A stretch of DNA of 64,000 bases, taken from positions 64,001 through 128,000 of the forward strand of contig CAVPSB010000014.1 of NCBI GenBank assembly GCA_963708025.1, read 5' to 3'. The stretch comes from an uncultured Candidatus Rokubacteria bacterium. GTDB taxonomy: Bacteria > Methylomirabilota > Methylomirabilia > Rokubacteriales > DASRDR01. This document shows, in pieces, positions 56,594 to 64,000 of the stretch; the stretch's first letter is position 1; every line of letters begins with the position of its first letter. The translations under genes and the position numbers were made by a program. Under the pieces are notes generated by a model, which saw only the letters and a list, made by a program, of their open reading frames with translations, was not told the origin of the DNA and did no database searches.

Positions 56594-58195
56594 TCAGTCG
56601 GCGGCCAGCCAGACCGTGTCGAGCTGGTTGTTCAGGAAGTGGCTCGGCGTGATCGTCCAGCCCCGGACCCGGGCGCTGTGGACGACGATGCGGTGCCACT
56701 GGAAGGTGTAGAGGTAGTGCGCCTCCTCGTCGAGGAGGCGCCGCTCGAAGTCGCGGATGTGGCGTCGCCGCTCGTCCCGGTCGGTGGCCCGGCTCTGCTT
56801 CTCGTACAGCGCGTCCAGGACCCGGTCCGTGTAGCGGCTGTAGTTCACCGGGCTGACGTTGACCGACTGGAACTTGAACAGGGCGAGGTCCGGCTCCACG
56901 ATGTAGCTGCAGTGGAAGTCGGCGGCGACCTCGAAGCTGCCGGCGCGGATGTCCGCGTAGAGCGCGCCGAGCTCCAGCGTCTCCACCTTCACGTTGAGCC
57001 CGACCTGCCGCCACTGGTCGGCCAGCCAGACCCCCAGCGCCTCGTACGGGTTGGGGATCGCCCGGTTCTTGAAGGTGAACGCGAACCCGTCGGGCACGCC
57101 GGCCTCGCGGAGCAGCCGGCGGGCCTCCGTGCGCGACCGGCCGATGTCGCGGCCGTACCCGGCCAGCTGCTCCAGCTCGGCCGGTGAGGCCGCGAAGGGC
57201 GTGCCGACCCCCTGCACGCCCGCGACCTCCTTGAGGATCGTGAGGCGCGAGAGCGCCTGGGCCCCCTGGTGGCGGTCCAGCGCCAGGGAGAGCGCCCGGC
57301 GCACGCGGCGGTCGTCGAAGGGCTTCCGCTCGTGGTTGATCGCGATCGGGTTCCAGCACTCCCACGGGCTCTCCTGCACCGCGCTCGCGCTCCCCAGGGC
57401 GCGGACCAGGGTGTCGCGCTCCGGGGGCGAGAAGCCGCGGAACTGGATCATCGCCCGCTGGCCGCGGATGGCCGCCACCTGCGCCGCCGAATCCCGGATG
57501 AACAGGGCCCGGTAGCCGTCGAGATAGGGCTTCCCCTTGTCCCAGTAGCCCGGGTTCCGGCGGCCGACCCAGTGGCTGCCCTTCACGTACTCGACGAAGA
57601 CGAAGGGGCCGGTGCCCATCACGTTCCGCTCGTACCAGTGGATGTCCCGGGCCAGGAGGTCGGCCTTGTAGATCCAGTTGAACGGCGAGGCCAGGGAGGC
57701 GAGGAACGAGGCCGAGGGCCATTTCAGCCGGAACACGACCGTGGACGGGTCGGAGGCCTCGACCGACTCCACGTTGACGTACTCACCCTTGCGGTTCGAC
57801 GCCACCCCCGGCGGCGGGAAGATGATCTTGTCGTAGGTCGCCTTGACGTCGCGCGCGGTGCAGTCGCTGCCGTCGTGGAACTTCACCCCCGGTCGCAGCT
57901 TGAACGTGTAGGTCTGCCCGTCCCGGGAGACCGACCATGACTCCGCCAGGTCGCCGACGATCCGGGTCCCGCTCCGGTCGGCGGGATCGACCCGCAGCAG
58001 GGTGCTGTAGTGCGGCGCCGCCGGGTGCACGATCGCGAAGGTCTCCTCGCGATGGGCGTCGTAGGAGGGGGGCTCGGCCGGGACCACGAACACCAGCTCG
58101 CCCCCGGAGCGCGGGGTCTCCTGGGCGCGGGCCGGCAGTGCGGCGACCCCGAGCAGCAGCAGGGCGGAGAGCGCGACGCGGAGCCGATCAGACAT
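56594..58195 (-). CDS. ABC peptide-type substrate-binding protein (SBP_bac_5), orphan
   Basis: GDLAESW, LRPGVKFHDG, MGTGPF, KPYLDG. Confidence 0.92.
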   Translation of the reverse strand: MSDRLRVALSALLLLGVAALPARAQETPRSGGELVFVVPAEPPSYDAHREETFAIVHPAAPHYSTLLRVDPADRSGTRIVGDLAESWSVSRDGQTYTFKLRPGVKFHDGSDCTARDVKATYDKIIFPPPGVASNRKGEYVNVESVEASDPSTVVFRLKWPSASFLASLASPFNWIYKADLLARDIHWYERNVMGTGPFVFVEYVKGSHWVGRRNPGYWDKGKPYLDGYRALFIRDSAAQVAAIRGQRAMIQFRGFSPPERDTLVRALGSASAVQESPWECWNPIAINHERKPFDDRRVRRALSLALDRHQGAQALSRLTILKEVAGVQGVGTPFAASPAELEQLAGYGRDIGRSRTEARRLLREAGVPDGFAFTFKNRAIPNPYEALGVWLADQWRQVGLNVKVETLELGALYADIRAGSFEVAADFHCSYIVEPDLALFKFQSVNVSPVNYSRYTDRVLDALYEKQSRATDRDERRRHIRDFERRLLDEEAHYLYTFQWHRIVVHSARVRGWTITPSHFLNNQLDTVWLAAD

Positions 58196-59253
58196 GGAGC
58201 ACCACCTTGAGCGCGTTGCCGGCGCGCTTGACGTAGGCGTCGAAGGCGTCGTGGATCCGGGCGAGCGGGAAGTGGTGGGTGATGATGGGATCAGCCACGA
58301 TCTTCCCGGCGCCCATGAGGGCCAGCGACCGGCCGCAGTTCATCCCGCCCTCACCCCGGGCGGCGTAGATCCGCACGTTGCTCCGCACCGCCAGGTTCAT
58401 GTCCACCTGGACCGGCCCGGCGTACCAGGCGACGACGCCGATCCGGCCGCCGCGCTTCACGCACTCGAGCGCCTCCTGCATCGAGGTCGGGCCGCCCGCG
58501 CACTCGAGGACCGAGTCGGCGCCCTTGCCCCCGGTGATCTCGTGGACCCGCGTCATCAGGCTCTCGTTCCGCACGTTGACGACGTGGTCGGCGCCGAGCC
58601 GGCGGCCGATCGCCAGACGCTCGTCCCGGGTGCCGCTCAGGATGACCCGCTCGGCTCCCAGCGCCTTGCAGAGCTGGACCGCGATGAGGCCGATGGGGCC
58701 CGGGCCCTGGACCAGCACGGTCTCGCCGGCGACGTAGCCGCCCATCAGGTCGATGGCCCAGAGCGGCGAGGCGGCGGTTGTCACCATGCACGCCTGCTCG
58801 AAGGTGAGGTTGTCCGGCAGGCGATAGAGCGTGTTGATGTGGTTGACCGCGTACTCGGCGAAGCCGCCGTCGCAGGTCAGCCCCTTGGCCCGGTGACCCT
58901 TGGCGACGTTGCCGTAGTTCAGAGCAGGACGTGTACCAGCCCTTGACGCAGTTCTCGCAGCGCTCGCAGCCCTTGTGCACTTCCACCGCGACGCGGTCGC
59001 CGACCGCGACCTCGTCCACGTCGGGACCGAGGGCGGCGACCGTCCCCGCGTACTCGTGGCCCATGACGAACTCGCCGTCGGGCTGGCCCATGAGCTTCCG
59101 GTGGAGCACCTTGACGTCGGTGCCGCAGATGGACGCCACGCTCACCCGGAGCAGGACCTCGCCGGGGCCGGGCTCGGGCACCGGCCGCGGCTCGACGTGC
59201 ATGTCGTCGGCACCGTGCAGGACCACCGCCGTCATCGTGGAGGGTATGGTCAT
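58188..59253 (-). CDS. Zn-dependent (MDR) alcohol dehydrogenase; frameshift near 58925
   Basis: ICGTD, GHEYAG, CERCENC, GPGPIG. Confidence 0.9.
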
Positions 59254-59283
59254 CGCGTCGCTCCTCGTTCGATGCCTCGCGCG

Positions 59284-59693
59284 TCAGCGGAGCAGCATCT
59301 GGGTGCAGCGGAAGAGCGCGAGCACCTTCCCGTCGCCTCGTCGGTCACCCGGGCGTCCCACACCTGGGTGGTGCGGCCGCCGTGGACCAGGGTCGCCTCG
59401 CAGGCGATGGCGCCCTCGCGCGCCGTCCCCAGGAAGTTCGTCTTCAGCTCGATCGTGGTGAAGCCCCGGGCGCCCTCGGGCAGGCTGGCCACCGTCCCGT
59501 AGCCGCAGGAGGTGTCGGCCAGGGCCACCACGCTGGCGGCGTGAAGGTAGTCGTTGGGCGCGAACAGCTCGCGGCGCACCGGGAGCCGGCTGGCGACGCG
59601 CCCCGGCTCGATCTCGCGGATCTCCAGACCCAGGAGACCGGGGAGATAGCCCTGGCCCAGGGCGTTCCACCTGGCGCGCTCCGACTCAGTCAC
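59284..59693 (-). CDS. PaaI family thioesterase; frameshift near 59330
   Basis: YLHAASVVALADT, TTIELKTNFL, HGGRTTQVW; C-terminus ALFRCTQMLL in another frame. Confidence 0.88.
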
Positions 59694-59772
59694 GGCGGCC
59701 GTCCTTTTCCCCGTACGGCCGCCACCCTTGGATCGACGACCTCGATCCGAGACGGGTCGGGCGGCGGCCTCC

Positions 59773-60744
59773 TCACTGGATGACCTCGTCGGCGCGGAGG
59801 AGGATCGACTGCGGGATCGTCAGCCCGAGCGCGCTGGCGGTCCGCAGGCTCACGATGAGCTCGAACGTCGTCGGCTGCTCGACCGGGATCCGATCGGGCC
59901 GGGAGCCCTTGAGGATCTTGTCCACGAGCGTGGCCGCCCGGTGGAAGTTGTCGACGATCCGGGGACCGTACGCCATCAGGCCTCCCGCCTCGACGAACTC
60001 TCTCGCCTCGTAGACCCCCGGCAGCCGGGCCCGGGCGGCGAGCGCCACGATCCGGGCGCGCTGGCCGTAGAGGACCGAGTCCGGCAGGACCAGCAGCGCC
60101 CTCAGGCGCTCGCCGGCCACGCTCGCAAAGGCCTGGTCGACGCCCGCCGCGTCTCGCGCCTCGACGACCCGCAGCGCCACGCCGAGCGGCTTCGCCGCCT
60201 CTCCCAGCTCCCGGACCTGGATCGGCGTGATGGGGTTGTCCGGGTTCCCCAGGACGAGGACCCGAGGATTGCCGGGCGCCAGCTCGCGGATCAGCTCGAG
60301 CCGCTTGGCGTTGAGCTCGGTCGTCACCAGGGTGAGGCCGGTGACGTTCCCCCCCGGGCGGACCAGGCTGGCCACGAACCGGCTGCCCACCGGGTCGCCG
60401 ACGGTTCCCATGACGATCGGGATCGTCTTCGTGGCCCGCATGGCGGCGCGCGTCGAGGCCGAGTTGTCGGTCACGAGGACGTCGGGCTTCAGGCGCAGCA
60501 GCTCGGCCGCGGCGCCGGGCAACCGGTCCGGCCGGCTCCCCGCGTCCCGGCAGTCGACGGCGATGTCGCGCCCCTCGAGGTAGCCGAGCTCGCGGAGGCC
60601 CCGCCGGAACGCGTCGTAGTTGCGATTCGCCTCGCAGCGACCGGTGGCCAGCAGGCCGACGCGGGGGAGGGGGGCCGCGTGCAGGTCGGCCGCGCCCGAA
60701 GCGGCGAGGATCGCCAGGGCCAGGGCGGCCGCCAGCCGAGTCAC
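59773..60744 (-). CDS. ABC transporter substrate-binding protein (ABC_sub_bind family), orphan
   Basis: GDPVGSRFVASLVRPGGNVTG, KRLEL, GGLMAYGP, PVEQPTTFEL, RADEVIQ. Confidence 0.9.
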   Translation of the reverse strand: MTRLAAALALAILAASGAADLHAAPLPRVGLLATGRCEANRNYDAFRRGLRELGYLEGRDIAVDCRDAGSRPDRLPGAAAELLRLKPDVLVTDNSASTRAAMRATKTIPIVMGTVGDPVGSRFVASLVRPGGNVTGLTLVTTELNAKRLELIRELAPGNPRVLVLGNPDNPITPIQVRELGEAAKPLGVALRVVEARDAAGVDQAFASVAGERLRALLVLPDSVLYGQRARIVALAARARLPGVYEAREFVEAGGLMAYGPRIVDNFHRAATLVDKILKGSRPDRIPVEQPTTFELIVSLRTASALGLTIPQSILLRADEVIQ

Positions 60745-62252
60745 CGCCGCTCGCGTCCGACGACCGTGCGGATCGCCGGCTCGAAGTCGTCGTCGAAGGG
60801 GAAGAGCGGCCGGCTGACGTGGCGCCAGTCGAGCCGCTTCAGGTTGGCCGTGCTCGGCCCCGGGGTGTCGACCACCCACATGGCCTTCGCGAAGGGGCCG
60901 TAGCCGTCGCGGAACTGGAGGGCCGACTTCACCACGACGATCTTGGCGTCCTTCGGCTCGAGGCCGACCGCGCGGTAGAAGGCGGGATCGACGGTGAACG
61001 CCGGCCGCTCGGTGACCAGCACGGAGACCGTGCCGACCTCGATGACCGCGGCCCGCCCCATGTGGCCCTCGGTGCCCCGCGACTTCTGGTCGCTGAAGAT
61101 GAACCGGCCGTCGGAGAGGAGGCGGACGCGACCGGTGATCGTGACCGGCCGGTTGTAGCGGGGGTCGAGCCGCCCGCCCACGGGGACGGTCAGGTCGTGG
61201 CCCACCCCGACCTCGATCGCCCGGGCGACGGCCGGCGCGTCCACCACCGTCACCAGGCAGCGCTCCCGCACGCCGAGGGCGAGGAGCCGCTCGAGGACGG
61301 CGGCGCTGTCGCCGGGCGAGCCGGCGCCGGTGCCGTCGGCGGAGTCGGAGAGGATGACCGGCCCACCCTCCAGCGCGAGGGCGCGCCGGATCGCGTCGTC
61401 CACCGCGAGCAGGTTCGCCTCGAACTTCCGCCGGGCCTCCCACGCCTTCCAGGCCAGCTCGCGGACCACGGGCTCGAGCTCGGCCGCGCGCCGGGCGCCG
61501 TCGGCGACCGCCACGACGCTGAAGCCGGTCTCGGGGATGTCGAGCCAGGGCTGGACCGGGAACAGCGAGACGGACAGGACGCCCGGTCGCTGCTCGAGCC
61601 GCTTGGCCTCGGCCAGGAGGCCGGCCATGGGCTGGTCGGCGGTCCCCATGCCCTCGGCAGGGACGATCATCGGCGAGCGGGCGAAGACGGTCACCGGCTG
61701 GACCTCGCCGCGGGCGGCGGCCACGACGAGGTTGGCGCCCTTGACGCCGGTCTCGTAGAGGTCGATGTGCGGGTAGGTGTCGTAGCCGACGAGGGCGTCG
61801 GCCGCCTCGACCATGCGGGGGGTGATGGTGGCGTGGAGGTCGAGCGTGGCCACGACCGGCATCCGCGGGCCGACCTGCTCCCGCACGGCGGCGAGCAGCT
61901 CGCCGTCGCCGTCGGGGGCGTCGTCGAGCACCATGGCGCCGTGGAGGGCGAGCAGCACGCCGTCCAGCGGGCCGGCAGCCGCCAGCCGCTCGAGGATCTC
62001 CGCCTTCAGGGTCTCGAAGGTCTCCCGGGGGACCGGCCCGCTCGACACGCAGTTGGCCGCCACCGTGGGCACGACCTCGACGCCCAGCCGGCCGAGGGCG
62101 TCCAGGAAGCCGCCGACCTCGGCCCGCGTCCCCCGGAGCTTCGCGACGTCATCGTCCAGGAGGAGCTGGTTGTTCCGGAAGTGCTCGAGGTCCGCCAGCT
62201 GGCGGACGAAGGTGTTCGACTCCTCCATGAACTGGCCGATGGCGATGCGCAC
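60741..62252 (-). CDS. MlrC-like M81 family metallopeptidase (second copy)
   Basis: EESNTF, LALHGAM, LDLHA, YDTYPHID, VVKS. Confidence 0.9.
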   Translation of the reverse strand: MRIAIGQFMEESNTFVRQLADLEHFRNNQLLLDDDVAKLRGTRAEVGGFLDALGRLGVEVVPTVAANCVSSGPVPRETFETLKAEILERLAAAGPLDGVLLALHGAMVLDDAPDGDGELLAAVREQVGPRMPVVATLDLHATITPRMVEAADALVGYDTYPHIDLYETGVKGANLVVAAARGEVQPVTVFARSPMIVPAEGMGTADQPMAGLLAEAKRLEQRPGVLSVSLFPVQPWLDIPETGFSVVAVADGARRAAELEPVVRELAWKAWEARRKFEANLLAVDDAIRRALALEGGPVILSDSADGTGAGSPGDSAAVLERLLALGVRERCLVTVVDAPAVARAIEVGVGHDLTVPVGGRLDPRYNRPVTITGRVRLLSDGRFIFSDQKSRGTEGHMGRAAVIEVGTVSVLVTERPAFTVDPAFYRAVGLEPKDAKIVVVKSALQFRDGYGPFAKAMWVVDTPGPSTANLKRLDWRHVSRPLFPFDDDFEPAIRTVVGRERR

Positions 62253-62256
62253 GGGA

Positions 62257-62297
62257 CCCCCTCACGCTGACCCTCTCCCCCGCCTCGGGGGAGAGGG
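62257..62297 (-). repeat. Family B (BoxC-like) repeat immediately upstream of the MlrC-like gene
   Basis: CCCCCTCACGCTGACCCTCTCCCCCGCCTCGGGGGAGAGGG. Confidence 0.82.
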
Positions 62298-62304
62298 AAT
62301 CGAA

Positions 62305-63608
62305 TCAGCCGCGGGCGGCGCGGCGGGCGGCGACGTCGACGGCTTCCAGCGCCCGCTCGACGTCGGCCATGGTGTGCGTCGCCGAGATGCCGTGGTGCCA
62401 CTGGAAGTGGAAGTAGGCGCCTTCCTCGACGACGGCGGCGTAGAAGCGGCGTGCCATCTCCCGGTCGTGGCGGGCGGCCTGGCGGTACGTCGTCGGCTCC
62501 GCCTCGAGCCCGAAGAGCAGGCTGAAGCGGGCGCCGAGGGCCTGGACCCAGACCGGAAGGCCGGCGCGCTTGAAGGCGTCGCGGAGGCCGGCGTAGAGGG
62601 CGGTGTCGAGCTGCTCGAGGCTCGCCCAGAAGTCCGGCCGGGCGATCTCGTCGAGGAACGCGTTGGCGGCCATGATCGGGATCAGGTGGGCGTTGAAGGT
62701 CCCGCTGTGGACCGCCCGGCCGCGCGGGGCGACCGCGTCCATCACCTCCCGCCGGCCGGCGAAGGCGCTGAGCACCGTGCCGCCGCCGAGCGCCTTGCCC
62801 AGGGTGCACATGTCGGGCGTGACGCCCGAGTAGCCCTGGATGCAGCTCGGCCCGGTGCGGAAGCCGGAGAGGATCTCGTCGAAGATCAGGACGATCCCGG
62901 CGTCGCGCGTGAGCTGGCGGGCCGCCTGCAGGTAGCCGGGGGCGGGCAGGATCGTCCCCGAGTTGTAGTTGACCGGCTCCATGATGACGGCGGCGATCTC
63001 GCTGCCGTGGCGGGCGATGGCGCGCTCGAGCGCCCCGGCGTCGTTCCAGGGGAGCACGATGACGAACGCTGGCGCAGCTCGGGCGGGATGCCGCCGCTCT
63101 CGGGGACCGCCGCCGGCGCGTCCTCGGGGCCGGCCTGGTCGAGCGGCGGCCACGAGCTGTAGCCCAGGTAGTCGTGGTAGCCGTGGAAGTGCCCCTCGAA
63201 CTTCACGACCTTCGACCGGCCGGTGTACGCGCGCGCCGTCCGGATCGCGTGCCACGTCGTCTCGGTGCCGGAGCTGGTGAAGCGGACCAGCTCGGCGCAC
63301 GGGATGATCGCGCTCAGCTTGCGGGCGACCTCTCCCTGGTACGGCGTCTCGTGGGCGCAGACGATCCCCAGGTCGAGGGCCTGCTGGACGGCCCGGCGCA
63401 CCGCCGGGTGGCCGTGGCCGAGGAGCGAGGCGCCGGACCCCGTGTGGAGGTCGACGTAGGCCTTGCCGTCCACGTCGTAGAGCCGCCCGCCTTCGCCCCG
63501 GGCGACCATGAGCGGCCGCCCCAGGGCCGCGTGCACGCGCGCCGCCGCCGACACGCCGCCGGCGAGGTGGCGCTGCGCTTCCTGGTAGAGCCGATCGGTC
63601 TCGCTCAT
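62305..63608 (-). CDS. Class III PLP aminotransferase (GSA-aminomutase-like); frameshift near 63070
   Basis: FTSSGTET, FEGHFHG, IFDEILSGFR, TLGKALGGG, HSGTFN. Confidence 0.9.
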
Positions 63609-64000
63609 GACCTGGGTCCCTTTCTGGACACCTGCCGGTATCGGAAGCAATCCACGGTGTGGTCGTTGACCATGCCGACCGCCTGCATGTGAGCGTAGCA
63701 GATCGTCGAGCCGACGAACGTGAAGCCCCGCTGCTTGAGCGCCTTGCTCAGCGCGTCGGACTCCGGCGACCGGGGCGGCACCTGCCCCATGCGCGTCCAG
63801 GCATTCCGCTTCGGGCGGCCGCCGACGAACTGCCAGACGAAGCGGTCGAAGCTGCCGAACTCCTGCTGGACCGCCAGGAACGCCTTGGCGTTCCGGATGG
63901 CCCCCTCGATCTTCAGCCGGTTGCGGACGATGCCGGCGTCGCCGAGGAGCCGCCGCACGTCGCGGGCGCCGAAGCGGGCGACCGCCGCCGGGTCGAAGCC
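63605..64000 (-). CDS. tag: DNA-3-methyladenine glycosylase I (5' end outside the window)
   Basis: GIVRNRLKI, GFTFVGSTICYAHMQAVGMVNDH..C. Confidence 0.93.
   Translation of the reverse strand, partial: GFDPAAVARFGARDVRRLLGDAGIVRNRLKIEGAIRNAKAFLAVQQEFGSFDRFVWQFVGGRPKRNAWTRMGQVPPRSPESDALSKALKQRGFTFVGSTICYAHMQAVGMVNDHTVDCFRYRQVSRKGPRS

Noticed and set aside
881-63608. Frameshifts in at least 13 genes read as pseudogenes or programmed frameshifting
   Set aside because: They are scattered 1-2 nt indels, often in G/C runs, in genes that are otherwise intact and lack in-frame stops. Long-read consensus error is the simplest explanation, and read polishing would decide it.

Overview
High-GC, gene-dense bacterial window with no rRNA, tRNA, CRISPR array, transposase or phage gene that I can recognise. 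It is dominated by nutrient-scavenging genes: many ABC substrate-binding proteins and permeases, a fused hydantoinase/oxoprolinase, PLP aminotransferases, SDR/AKR/Zn dehydrogenases, two MlrC (M81) peptidases, M20 and MBL hydrolases, a split TPP decarboxylase, and a TmpA/TmpB-like phosphonate oxygenase pair. It also holds two type II toxin-antitoxin modules (hicBA, vapBC) and two DNA glycosylases. Gene content and style resemble Candidatus Rokubacteria (Methylomirabilota), which is an inference. At least 13 otherwise intact genes carry small frameshifts, most likely long-read indel errors. The most interesting observations are: (1) an operon with a Tat-exported SBP, an atypical ureohydrolase and an AksA/homocitrate-synthase-like DRE-TIM protein that keeps its metal ligands but has lost nearly all acetyl-CoA condensation residues; (2) three families of small palindromic repeats that nest in each other, supply ribosome-binding sites and a stop codon to genes, and sit at the breakpoints of gene remnants; (3) a variant TmpAB-like locus with an internally deleted acylase, facing duplicated SBPs; (4) a pseudokinase domain.
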